Shown here piece after piece: positions 1 to 12,553 of a DNA stretch of 64,000 nucleotides. Numbering within the stretch: the first letter of the stretch is position 1; each line of letters starts with the position of its first letter. Position numbers and translations under genes: made by a program. The DNA is from Moniliella sp. 'wahieum' (Eukaryota), in the NCBI GenBank assembly GCA_003971905.1, contig RSEE01000032.1, positions 558,001 to 622,000 on the forward strand. The letters run 5' to 3'. A model generated the notes under the pieces. That model was given only the letters and a program-made list of their open reading frames with translations, did no database searches and was not told the DNA's origin.

Positions 1-21
1 ATCGCCACCACCCCACACCCC

Positions 22-2400
22 ATGACCCTTTCCACCCCCTCCTCCGGCCGCACGGCCGCCGCTGTCTCCACCAGCAACACGGGCCGCAACGCCAAAGAGA
101 GCCGCTGGGCCGGGTGGGCCAACACGGGGTTCGCCAAGAGCATCAAGGTGTCCGACTGGGCTGGCCAGCACGCGAACAACCTCGGCAGCAAGCTCGTCGG
201 TGGCGAACGCTTTTGGCCCACGTCGGGCGACTATGTCCAAGAGATCGAGAAGGCGGTGCGCATCCTCCAGGGATTTACCCAGGGGCTTTGTCCAGCAGGA
301 AGAGCAGGCCACCTCGGCCGACGACCAGGACCCGAACGCGAAAGAAGTAGAGGAGACCATGGTCGTCGGCCCCGACGGCAAGCCCCTGTCCAAGGAGGAT
401 GCCGAAAAACTGCCCCCTTCCGAGACGCGCACCCAAAAGATCAAGAAGAAGATCAAGAAGGTCAACATTGTTCGCAAGGTGTGTTCTTTTCCCTTGCCCC
501 AGTTCTGCGCGCTTGCTTGTCCTCCCTGCCTGCCCTCCCGCCCGTTCTAACCCCTTTTTGTGCGCCTCAGATCCCTCCCGTCGTTTTGCAGCAAGCTTGT
601 GGCATTGCCATCTACTCGGCTATGCGCACCGGTATTGCCCCCTGGGTGGATCGGGCGGATCGGGGCTGGTGATGCAGCGGCTGCCCGACGGATCCTGGAG
701 CGCCCCTTCGTTCATCACGCCGCAAAATGTGGCGGTGGGGCTAATGCTGGGGTTTGACGTGTACGATGTGATTCTGCTGATTATGCATCCGCAAGCGATG
801 CTTGGTTTCTTGTCGCACAAAGTCACACTTGGTGCCGAGACAGCGGTGGCGGCGGGACCGGTGGGCACAGGCGCCTCGATGGACGTGAGTGTCAATGGCG
901 GTGAATGGAACCCAAAGAAGATGCAGCCCATCTTTTCGTATGTGCGCTCGCGCGGCGCGTATGCCGGCGCTGAGGCGATGGCCCAAGCGCTGGTGACCCG
1001 GATTTGATGAAAACGAACGGGTGTACCATTGGCCTTCGATCACGGGCCGGGATATCCTGACGGGCGGGTACGCAAGCTGAGGGAGGCCCAGCCATTGTAC
1101 GATGCCTTGGCCGCCGCCGAGACGGGCGAAGCGCAAGCTGCCAGTCGGACTTGGCCTTGCCTCCGGAGGTGGCTTTGGAACTCAGTGGCGGCCGGGCCGA
1201 TCCGGCGTCGGGCAGGGCCAGACCGGACAGACGCCATCAGGGAAACGCTGGATCTGGACGAAGGCGAGTGCATGCATCCCGCCGACACCAGAGCAGCTTG
1301 CGTTGATGGAAAAGTCTGGGGTGAAGGACGAGGAGGACAAGCGGCTTTTGGCCGATTACAGGAGGTGGGTGTGGGGCTTGCCGCCCCGCCTCGCCACCCT
1401 GAAGCCGTAAAACACAAGCGGGGGAGTCAACCGTAAGGCCTGGCAGCCGCTTCATGGCTCCGGCGCCTCCGCATTCGCATGGGTCTCGCAGATCATCCCA
1501 CCGGCCCCTCCTCGTCACGCTCTGAGGCCTACCTCCTCATCCTACCTCCGGAAAAGGGTGCGCTGCCCGACTTGGACGCCGGACCTCCTCCTCCTCTGCC
1601 CGGCAGCCACCCCACGGGCCCTTTGTTCTCCTTCGGGACCGCCACCTCCTCTGCCGGCAGTCATCCCACTGGACCCTACGTGCCCCATCGGACGCCCCCG
1701 CACTTCTAGCAACCACCCTTCCGGCCTTGTGGCCGACGCATCCCCCACCGCAAGCTCCTCCCCTACTACTGCAGTGGTACACCGCGAACCAGAAGATCTT
1801 CCTGCCTACCCGGACCACGAAGCGACCCAGGTCCTGCCAGAGAAGACCGAGGTCGCCTCGCATGCGACGACGGGGGAGCCTTCGGCGGCGGACGTGAGTC
1901 CAGCGACGTCTGGTCCTGCGCAGCATGCGACTCCGTCCCCAGCCCCGGAAGGAGGGGTGACAGTCCCGTCCCCAGCGCCTGAAGGAGGGGAGACAACCCC
2001 CTTGCCTTCCGCCTCGCCGGCCCTGCTCCAGCGGCGGTGGATGCGACGCAGATGGCTGCACCGGGTGCGCGGCGCGGCAGCTTGCACTTGGGCGGGGCGG
2101 AGGACGATGTGACTGGACGATGCGGAGGATTGGCAGACGCGGCAAGAAGTGCCTTTTCGGCCGCTCCTACGCCGGCTCCCTTTGCTTCCCTCGGATCGAT
2201 TGCCAGCGCCGTCGGAGGAGGAAACAACAAGAACAAGAAAAGGAACAGGAAACATGAGGCCCAGCGTACGAACCTGTCGCCTCACCCCTCTCTCCCTTGC
2301 AGAGAGGGAGAAGAACGGGGCGGTCCCGAGCGCGACTGCACCGGAGAGTACGGGGAGGAGTGAGATTGCTACCCCCCCCGTTGTTGCTGACAGGAATGCT
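22..2400 (+). CDS. Ysc84/LSB3-like SYLF (actin/lipid-binding) domain protein with long Pro-rich low-complexity tail; 3' end uncertain; frameshifted
   Basis: Motifs across frames: GGERFWPTSGD..EIEKAVRIL, IPPVVLQQACGIAIYSAMRTG, GGSGGSGLVMQRLPDGSWSAPS, GLMLGFDVYD, KVTLGAETAVAAGPVG, IFSYVRSRGAYAG. Intron 479-570 (GT..CTAAC..CAG). No SH3 domain seen. Confidence 0.8.
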
Positions 2401-3467
2401 ACTTCAATCCTGCTGAGGCTACTGCGCCTACCTCTGCCTCTGCCTATACGCCCGTCTCGCCCCCTACCCCCATTCGTCCGCAACGGTCCCTGTCGCGCAA
2501 CACGCCGCTCGAGCGTCCGCCTCGCTCGGCCGCACGTGCGTCAGCTTGTCCTCGAAGCACGAGCACGAGCACGAGCAACCGTGAACGGTGAAGGTCCATG
2601 CCGGATGCCTTGACTGGGGCGGAATGCCAATGAAGAGTGAACGGTTTTGGTTGTTGGCTTTGTACCGTGCCCTGTGGCGGGACGGTTGGAGATGGGGGTG
2701 GGAAAGTCGATCGCGCTGACGTTGATGGGGATCAGTACTTGGTACTCGTGGACAGGACAATGTATATTGACTGGGAAGTGAGAAGAGGGAGAGAGAGATC
2801 CGTCGTAGCTGCTGCGCGCCGCGTAGATCGCGCGATCAAGTTGTCGAGAGTCATTGGGACTGAGTATAGGTAACAGCGGTGCCGTAAATTTCGACGGTTC
2901 TTGGCATAACTCGTAACCCCTTCCGGCGGAAAGGACCTTGAGGATGATGGTGGGGGGATTGTGCCATGCGAAATCGAAACAACGGCAGTCGCTGTTCAAT
3001 ACTGCATGGAGAATGGATGGACACGCATCCCAGGGGGTTCTATCGTACTGTTTGTCCCGGGTCTTCGCAGGTCAGGCCCCAAGGTTAAACATTCATCGCC
3101 ACAGTTCCAACTATATGCGCGCACCGTTCATACCGCTAATCGGGGAGATGTGTGGTGCGCATCAGGGAACGGGGTGACGCGTGACGCCGGTTGCGACTCG
3201 ACTCCGACGCCATGCCGTCCCAAAGGAGCTACGTGAGTGGTATAGCTACGGACACACACTCCCTATTCCTCCCACACACTGGTTCAAATGAAACACAGAT
3301 ACACTCCTGGACCGAGCCAATTCCAAAGCCCCCCTGCAGTCCGGCAGACTAGGGAGGGGGGGGTGGGTTGATCCACGCTTGTATCGTTGTGGTTGAGGCC
3401 GTAGGACAAGAAAACCGAGTGAGAAGCCGAGTGAGAAGCAGACGGTGTTCGAAAAGGAGCAAAACAA

Positions 3468-4082
3468 CTAGGGGGGGGTTGCCACAGGTCGCAAACCCTG
3501 TATCGTAAGCGTGGTTTGTCCACCTGGGCGCACCGACCCCCCCCGCAAAGCGGAAGGGGGACGGGTCAAAGAGCAGGCTAAAAGAATCCAGGGAAAATGG
3601 CGAGAAAGGCGTATGAAAATGATGAGCATGTCGAAGATCGTATGGGTGGGTCTCAATGCGCTGGAGAAGGACAGGACCGGGGCATAAGCCAAAGGGCTAC
3701 AATGACTCAAAGTTGACTCCTGCAAGAGGGAGAGAACGTGGTCAGCACACAAGTCCGACGCAATGTGGCAACGCGGACGTGCCAGCGGAAGGGGGAAGGA
3801 GGGGGGAAGCGTACCTCGTTTGAATCGAATCGGACCACGACGGAGGGATCGTCAAGCCGGACTTGGCGCGCACCCTGGACGACTTGGATGACGCCCTGGG
3901 AGGCGAGGGCCAGAGCTGCCGCCCCACTACGGGCAACGCCGCACGCCAATAGGGGGCATGGGCCAAGCGGCGGAGCGCATATGCCGTACCAGCCGCTCTT
4001 CTCGCCCTTCTTCCTCTCCCGACCCGGCCGACGTCGAGCTCTCCTCTGGACACCCGACGCTCGCGATTCCACGCGCGAACCG

Positions 4083-4114
<32 letters not shown>

Positions 4115-5656
4115 ACCGGCGAGTCGAGCGCCAGCAGCGCATCGCTCTGCTCGTTGCCACTCACCGTGGTGGGCACCGACGTTGGCGTGCCTCGCGCCAA
4201 CGAGTGCATCGAGGTGGAAAACGAGCTGGGCTGGACAGAGCCAGAAGAACGACTGCTATCGTTGTTCGAGTTGGACGATCCTTCTTCCCCTGAGCCCGAC
4301 GAGCCCGATCCGCCGCCCCCAGATCCAGGCCCCGACCCCGACCCCGACCCAGACCCAGACCCAGGTCCAGGTCCAGTTCCAGAGCCAGATCCAGATCCAG
4401 ATCCAGATCCAGACCCAGACCCAGACCCGGAGGCAGAGGCAGAGGCAGACACGGATACGGTCGAGTTGGAGCTGCCGCTAGGGCCGGCGGGCGAGGCAGA
4501 GTAGGCCAAGGAGAGTCATTGTAGTTCGCTTTGGTCCGCGATGGATGGTGGTGCAGAAACGAAGCATGGGGCGGGAGAGCGCGGGGATGATGGTGGGCAT
4601 GGGCATAGGCGCGTACAGAGGCACGAGGTGGCAGTTCGTGGTGGGAATCCAGCGGGCGAACCATATGGTAGTCTGTCGCGGCCGCGCGGCACCTTGCTGC
4701 GTGCAGCTTGGTGGCGCGACAGCCGAGACCCGAGCAGAAGGAGCGCGCGAAGCAAGTGGCACAGAAGCCGGCTGCCCCACCTGCTCCGTACCCGACTCAT
4801 GCTCCGAATCCTGATCCGACACATTGCCCGAGTCACCAGCCTCGTCGGACCGCGCCGCTGCCTCATCCCCGCCTCCGCATCGGCACGCAGCACATCAGGG
4901 GCATACATGTACCCATACTTCCTCCCCCCAGGTCGGAGGAGAGGAGGCAGAAGCGCACGCATACGGCGGCGATGGTTGTTCTCCCATCGTCGGCGCATTC
5001 GGTTGGGATTCCCCGTACGCAAGGGCAGCGCCCGCTGCACCGTCCGAATAAGGCACCGCCGACTGGCCATCCGTATCCGTTGTATCCGTCGAATCAGCCG
5101 AATCCGTGCCATCCGTCCCAGGGGCGGCGGCATGCGCATTGGAAGGCGAAGCGGCGCGACAAGCACGGTGGTTTAAGGTGGCGGGCGCTGAGGCCGGTGC
5201 AGAAGGAACCATTGGAGGAGAAGAGGAGCCGGAGGAGCCTCCCGATCCAGACGTGGAAACGAGACCGCCGACCCACCCGAGCCAGCGGCCAAACTGCTAC
5301 CGGTCGAATGCGCGCCACCCGAACCCAAGCCCGACCGAGGCGCCGGGCTGGGTCCCGACGACGACGGGTCGGACCGACGAGGCACGTTGCTGCTCGGGCT
5401 GTCCTCTCGCACCGTGAGGAAGGCATGCCGCGCCACGTCCGAGGGGCAAACACTGCTGCCAGGACTACGCCGCAGCAACGCCTTGATGGCCATCTTCACA
5501 TCCTCCTGCGACGGAATCGAAATTTCCTCCGCAGGCGGCCACACGTATTCGGGAGGCGCACGGAACGCAGGAGGATCGGCCGACGGTGACGGTTCTGCAC
5601 TATCAGCTGGAGTCGAACGGCGAAGTGGAGATATGCGCTCGGCAGGAGAGGCAGCT

Positions 5657-5692
<36 letters not shown>

Positions 5693-6740
5693 GCTGAGCC
5701 AGAAGTGGGAGTATACGAGCGACCAGGAACACGTGCAGCCGATGAGAAAGGAGCAGGGTCGTTGTAGTGGCGGACCTGAGGACGAGCACCAGTCTCCGGT
5801 TCGGGTGCAGGCTGATTGGAGGGGAAGTCGCGCAGGCGACGAGGGGGACGCGTGCGGTGGCGTTGGGGCCACGCGCCTTGGGTCGAGGAGGGGGTAGTGA
5901 ATTGAGGTTGTTGGTACGAGTGGGAAAATGAAGAGGAAGGGTGGTGGGCAGCAGTAGGAGTGACGTGGTTACCGCCCTCGCCCACGGGTCCGGGTGCGCT
6001 TGCTGTGGCAGAGCGAGATGCGGATGTCGGGGGCGGGGGCGGGGCCGGTCTCGAGCGGTGACTGCGGGTGCGACGGTTGCGTGGGCGTTGGTTGGCCCGG
6101 GCGGCAGAGGAAGATGTTAGGGGCGGGGCGGGGAAAGAAGGGCGCTGAATGGCGCGGTTCGAGACCAAGGACGGAGCAGAAGATGGAGTGGAGAGCGAGG
6201 CAGAGGGGGAGGTGGAGGTGGTAGTAGACAGGGAAGGGGGGTGGGGTCGGCGGAAAGGGAGGAAGGGACGGTGTTCGGGGCCGAGACAGAGGAGCTGGTC
6301 AGGGGAAGGAAGTGGGAGTTGGAGGCGAGGGGGCGTGCTGGAGAAGGGAAGGGGACGAAAGAGTCATGATGAAGCGACGCTGGTGCGGGGCAGCAAACGG
6401 GGTCGGGGACGGACGCGGGGACGGGGCAGGGACAGTGGGCGGGAACGAATCGGCGCTCTCGAAGGGCAGGTGGTTGGGCCTGGACCTTCCGGCGCGGGTC
6501 TGACTCCTAGTGTAGTAGGAGTGCTGAACAGCGGTGGTGGGTGCACGCGACACGGCGGGGGCGAGGGAGAGACACGCGAGAGGCGCGAGGAGCGCGGCTG
6601 CGCAGATGGCGCTGCTGGCGCCGCAAGCACGCGCCGCACAGGCGGGGGTCACACAGAGGAACGCTGCGCTGCTGGCCGACAGAGAAGGCAGCCGCAGCGG
6701 CGATGACGATGGCGGCGATGCCAACAACAGCGACACGGCG
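3468..6740 (-). CDS. Large Ser/Gly/Pro-rich protein containing a split DUF3253-like domain; ends uncertain; frameshifted
   Basis: Chain of long minus-strand ORFs (6299-6736, 5173-6168, 4895-5212, 4478-4822, 3742-4509, 3707-4072). AIKALLRRSPGSSVCPSDVAR at ~5430-5495 and YWRAALPVV-x-AAALALASQGVIQVVQG at ~3870-3952. Probable intron ~3720-3814 (GTACGC..CTGAC..TTGCAG). Confidence 0.55.
4083..4450. repeat. Hexamer microsatellites (GAGCCC)n and (GACCCN/GATCCA)n, read as GS dipeptide runs on the minus strand
   Basis: gagcccgagcccgagccc at ~4083-4112; gaccccgaccccgacccagaccca..gatccagatccagatcca at ~4333-4428; a similar (GAGCCC)n run at ~5657-5690. Confidence 0.9.
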
Positions 6741-8643
6741 TAGGACGATGCTGCCGCTGGCTGGCCAGGCAGAGCAACGGAAGGTGGTGGTCACCACCAG
6801 TGGCGGAGGTTTGCCACCGCCGCCCTTTTGTACGACCCAGGGCACCCCAGCACTGCGCCGCACTCGCGGTCGAGACCCTGGCCGCCGCATGCGCTACCCG
6901 GGCGGTGGTGCCGCTGCCGCACGCACAGGGGCAGCGTTCCTGCAGGCGCTGGCGCAGCTTGCCCCAGACTGGCGGGGAGCGGCGCTGATGCATGATGCAC
7001 GGGTGGTGGTCGGTGACCGGTGACCCTTTGTGTGTCTCTCCGGAGGGTCACTCCGACAGCCTCCCCAGGGATCATGCATGGCTCATGCATCGCGCAAGAG
7101 TGCCCGCACGCCGCCCGATCCCCAATGCTGGTCCGTCCAGGTCTGCAGAGCGCCTTCCCAGACACCCGGTCCGGACACACGCGCGGTGCTGGGCTTGGGA
7201 GGCGTCGATGGCCAGCGAAACACATCATGCATCCTGCATCATGCATGGTACATGATGCATGCAGCAGGTGGGTGGCGCAGACTGGTGCACTGCAGCTCCC
7301 TGGGCGCAGGCCCAAGGGGGGAGGACTACCATATCTCAGAGTTCGGAATCTGGCCTCAGCGCCTCAGCGCCCTCAGCTGCTCCCTGCGAATGTGCCTATT
7401 CTCCGGCCTCTCGCCACAACTTGCTGCCCCAACGTCCAATGTACGTACGTCCAACCCCCGCCAGTCCGCCGGGTCTCGCCACTCCCGGGCGTGGCGGGGC
7501 GTGCAGCGCGCAGCAGTTGGAGCAGGGCGTGGCTGTGCACCGTGCACCACCGAATCCCCCCCGAAGCTTCTTGAAGCTTGAAACTTGATCCGGCTCTCGG
7601 CCGAGCGGTGTCAGTCGGAGGCCGCGGCCAGCAAGCAGCCACACGTGTATCAAACAGCCTGGAACCATGTAGCCGGCAACCGGTAACCGACCGGTACCTC
7701 GGCAGCCCTCCCCTGTCTCATGTTCAGTGTTGGTTAGGTACATTGCCGTTGGTACTTGGTGGCCGGAAGCGTCGAGGTACCAGATACGTAGTGTTCCCAG
7801 ATATAGTTCAACCAACGCTCACGCGTTCATGGGGTCACAAACTCACGTCTCGCGCATCACACGCATCAATACTTCAACATACCCGGTCTCTGCCTACATA
7901 CGAACCGAAACCACCATGAATGGAACAACTGAGTGCCCAAGAGAGATGGCTTGAGAACACAGGTCAAACACGGCGTGGAGAGATTTGTGTTCGTAATATA
8001 TCCGAAACGTAGTGTTCTTCTTTTGTTTCCACTGCAGATCCCACTGAGGAAATGAAGGGCAGACTAACGACGACCAAGCCAACGAGCTTTTTTCGCCTTG
8101 CTGAGAGAAAATGTTCAAACACGAAGACAGGCTGCCAGGCGCATCAACACCTATCGCTTAGGATGCCTGTGGGCGAGAAGACGCGAGGAGGCCGGTGGAT
8201 TCCGATCAGCCTTGCTTGGACGCCCTCTAGGGGGTCGCAACGGCCCAAAGGGTTCATCTATTGCAATGATGACTGCAGTGACGACTCGAGGGGAGTGGCA
8301 ATGGTGGAAATGGGAAGCGCCCAGTAACGTCTTGTCCGCATCGAAGGAACCCCTTTGCCGTAGGCAGGCCCGCCTTTCAGCCTCCATCTGGCCCTTTCAT
8401 CCCCACGCCCCGTTTCCTATAACCCCCACCTTCCCACCCAGCGCACCTTGTATAAAGCCCCCCCCTCGGCTGTGTTGCTCGGGAGAACCTTCGTCAAGAC
8501 AATCACTGCCCCCTAGTACTATTGTGTCATCATGTCATAACCCATCCTTCTAACCCAACAGCCAAAGCATTCTGGCGCACTCATCCATTTCCCTTCCTGT
8601 ACAACGAAAAAGAGGCATTGAGTATCGACTAAGGCTGCCCGTG

Positions 8644-9874
8644 TTACAAGCCCAAGATGTTCTTGCGCCGCTCTTCCCCTTCTTCGCTGATCGCTTGCTG
8701 CACCGCTTCCACTACCGTGGCGTGGATGTTGGCTTGGGAAGCAACGACGCCCTTGTTGAGCGCCAAAGTGCGTCCCTGGCTAAAGTCGAGCGGGTGGCCA
8801 CGCACATCGCTCACCTTGCCTCCGCTCTCCTCCACCAGCACCGCCCCTGCCGCATGGTCCCAGATCTTCTCTGCATACGATCCATCCTTGGTAGGGATGC
8901 GCAGATAAATGTCCCCGTCGCCGCGTGCAATCGAGGCGTACTTGGCTTGGCTGTCCATGCGCACACTGTGGGCCGTGTCAAGATGGAGGAGCTGTGCAAT
9001 GCGGGCATTGGTGCCGTGCGAACCATGACCGGCCTCGACGGACTCGCAGAAACGCGCCTTGCCCTGCGCCAACTCGGACGCTGACAGCGCAGCAAAGTGG
9101 ATGGGAGTGTGGGCACTGGCGGCATTGCCATACAAGGGCGATTGCGTCGCCCCCTGCCCTCGGGCCGCACTAAAGAGCACTCCCTTGGCCCCCGTGTCGT
9201 CCCCAATGGTGAGGGGCAAATTAGGGCAACCAATCACTCCCACTTGCACTTGCCCATCCACAATCAGCCCGAGGCAGATTGCGTATTGCCCGCCGCGCAA
9301 AAATCCCTTTGTGCCGTCAATCGGATCCAACCCCACATCGCTGCCCACCGCACATCAAGTCAGTCCTCACCTTCACCACACAGCCGAGAAAAACAGAGGA
9401 GAAAGAAAAGAAGAAGAAGAAGAAAAGAAAAACGACGCACCTCCCTTGGCACCCCCCTCGTAGCTACCGCGGTCAATGGCATCAAGGAAGTCATCATCCG
9501 TGTAGGTGTTAGACAGGGCATGGGCGACCGCTTGCGCCTTGGGGTCTTCCTGGGGCAAAGCAGGATCGTCCTGTGCCGTGGCGGCAAGCGCCTTGCGCGC
9601 CAAGCTGGTCACATGCGAGCGCAGCTGCACCACCGCAGGACTGTCGCCTCGCAGCGCCTCGGAATCTTCCTCTCCTACGACGGGGATGGAGGGGTAGCGG
9701 CAGCGAGCAAGGAGATAATGACGGCTTGGCTGCCAAAGTCGCCGACGGTGACCGGGAGGCATCGGATTTGTCCACCTTGTCGCCGGCCTGGAGATGGTCA
9801 AACACGGCGTTGGTCAAGCGCGCAGCGGCGCGCACAGCACGCTGGGCCACAGCAAGGTGGGTGGCATAGCTCAT
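8644..9874 (-). CDS. MET22: 3'(2'),5'-bisphosphate nucleotidase (HAL2/MET22); frameshifted
   Basis: MSYATHLAVAQRAV start, DKSDAS(PVT), IPVVGEED, LDPIDGTKGFLRGGQYAICLGLIVDG, FCESVEAGH, RMDSQAKY, EKIWDHAAG. Intron 9341-9440. Confidence 0.95.
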
Positions 9875-10079
9875 GGCGGAGAGGTGGACGCGGGAGCAGC
9901 GGAGCGGGCAGCGCGGGGGATGGTGGCGGCGACGGCGGGGCGCACAAGGCGTCGGAATGCGTTCATCGCATCGCGGCGGCCGCTGGGCGACGGCGAGACG
10001 GCGGGAGAAACGCGGGCCATCCCAGGCGAGCGCCTCGCCGCCATGTCGTGCTCAGCCAAGTCCGTCCGTGGGGGGGGGG

Positions 10080-10119
10080 GTCACGTGGTCACGTGCTGGA
10101 GGCCGCCCGGATGACGTCA
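10080..10119. promoter_or_regulatory. Two tandem GTCACGTG (Cbf1/bHLH-type) sites plus TGACGTCA (CRE/bZIP) in the MET22-EXO70 divergent promoter
   Basis: GTCACGTG at 10080-10087 and 10088-10095; TGACGTCA at 10112-10119. Function is inferred. Confidence 0.45.
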
Positions 10120-10189
10120 GCCTGCATGCCCCCCTCCCCCCCACATGCGGCACACAGCAGCCGGCGCCCGCCGCCTCACCGTGTACGCC

Positions 10190-12475
10190 ATGTCGCATGC
10201 TGGACTCGGGTTTCGCGCCGACGCCGAGAGCGCGGATCTCGAGGTGCTCACCTCCAGCCAGGCCAAGCTCGATGCCCTCCGCCTCCATGACCCAGCTCTC
10301 TCCACCGTCGACGGCCGCCTGCGCACCCTCGAGGAAACCAACCTGCTCCCGCTCCAGCGCCGCATCGCCCGCGTGCTCCGCGCGCGCGCCAATGCCCAGC
10401 GCCCCTCAAGGTCCTCGAGCGCAGCGCCGACCAGTCCGCCAGTGTCGCTGAGTTGGAGCCCCGCATCCGCGCCGGCCCCGCTCCCAGCCTCGGCCCCGCC
10501 GCCGACCCCGCCCAGTTGGCCATGGCCCTGCCCCCGGCGATCCGGATGCGCAGGACGAGGTGGGCAACTACCTGGTGCTGCTGGACGAGGTGAAGAGCGC
10601 GCGCATCTACCTCGACGCCACCGCCCCGCGCGGATCGGCGCGCGGCAACGGTGCGCTGGAGGCGCAGATGCAAGAGCTGCTCCAAACCGGGGCCGAGCAG
10701 GTGGTCGCGCTGCTGGCCGCTTGGTGGGGCGTCGAGAGCGAGCAGGTCGATGTGCGAGACTACATTGGCTCGGTTGCAGGTCGTCGGGCATCAGGGGGCA
10801 TTCCGCTGCCCAGCATCTCCCTCGCCACCACCCAGACCGCGTTGGGACTGCTCAACTACCTCTCCACCATTGAACTGCCTCTCCCCGCCCGCCTCGCCCA
10901 CCAGGCCCAAACGTGCCGCAAGACCCAGCGGACCGCGCCCCGTTCCAAACGTACGCGCTGGCGATGTACATGCAAACCCGGGCCGCGTACGCTGCGCATC
11001 GCTCCAGCCGGCTCAGCGCGCTGTCGTCCGCTTTGCCAACGAGATGAACCAGGGGGAGCCTGCGACAAAGAGGGCCGATGCGAGTGTGGCCTACACGCCC
11101 GGCCAGAACGGCGTGGCGGAATTGCTCAAGGGCACGTACGATATTTGCACCCACGAGGTGGTGGAAGCTTCAGGGCTGGTCTCGAGTTTGGACCCGTTGC
11201 CGCCCCCCCAAGTGGCGGCCGAACTGCTGTTATTGCTGCCCACGCCTTCCTTGGCTGGCGTAGTGTCGGCGGTATCGAAATGCAAGCTGCCTTGGCCCAT
11301 CCACCCCAAGCGGTGCGCAAGTTGGCAGCGCGTACCGTGCCTGCGGCCGCGGCGTTGGACACACTTGGGCGCTATGCCCACCTCCCTTCGCTCGATAAGG
11401 CATTGCCGAGCCCGGCGTGGGCACCGGCCGAAGCACCCACCTTGTGGCCCAACTCGCCGAGCAGCAAGTCCAGCTGCGACACTGTGTGCCTCGGCTCTAG
11501 CCACTGTCCACTCTTTCCGCCACGCGGCCGAATCGGGTGGGGAAGGTCGATGAATGGCAGCGTGACAACGGCGGTGCACCCGGCGGTGCATGACGCGCTC
11601 CAATCCTTGTTGACCTTACATGACTTCCGTGCGCCCGGAGGGCAGATCATGGGCGCTTCCGGCCTACGGGTGGCGCACTACCCCTCCCGCTCCCTTACGC
11701 GACGACACGGGGGCCAAGATCAGTCCCGAGAACCAAGCGGCGGCCTGGAAGGCCTACATTCTCGACTTGCTCAAGGCTACCATGGACATGGTAGAGACCC
11801 GATCGCGCGCCATTCGGCAGCCCAGTACGGCGGCCATCTTTATCCTCAAGTACGTTCCCCTAGCCCTCGCGTTGTTTGTATGCGATAAACTGACTTGCGT
11901 TTTCCCTGATCAGCAACCTGAGCTACCTCCAACAAAACCTGGGGGCTGAGGAATTCTCGCTCTTGGCCACCGCCGAGCCCGAATCGGACGAGCTGCTGGG
12001 CAAGACGTTCCGATCTGCCAAGACGGTGTACTCGATGCCTGGTCCCCGCTCGTGCAGGCGCTGATGGAGGAGAAGCCCGGGATGGCCAACACGGCTCATG
12101 GGCACCCTGTGGGCGGTCGCTTGTTTGGTGGCGGAAGCGAAAAGGCCGCCACGAAAGAACGCTTGGCCTCGTTTTACGAAGCGTTGACGAGGTGGCTCGG
12201 CTGCATCGCGCTTACCCGTTCCGCTCGGGCGATGTCGAGTTGCGAACCAACTTGCGCCGCGATGCGTCGCGCTTGATCATGCCGCTGTACAAGACGTTTG
12301 TCACCAAGGCGCGCACTTCGGGCTTCTCCAAAGGTACGTCCTTCTCCCAACAGCTGCAATAGCTTCCCAGCGTTCTTGGGACGTTACTGACCTCACGTGT
12401 TTCCCCAGACCCGTCCAAACACATTCGCCTCACCGAAAATGAGGTACAGGCGAGGATCGACAGCATGTTTCTTAA
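10190..12475 (+). CDS. EXO70: Exocyst complex subunit Exo70; frameshifted
   Basis: N-terminal LSTVDGRLRTLEE..LLPLQ; removing intron 11850-11913 restores AAIFILNNLSYL; KAATKERLASFYEAL; LIMPLYKTF; removing intron 12334-12408 gives FSKDPSKHIRLT. Confidence 0.88.
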
Positions 12476-12553
12476 CTCATTCTCCCTCGACTACCATTTC
12501 TCCTATCCCCCCCCCCCCTCCCCTTCACCGCGACAGAAATGATGAGGTGTAGG

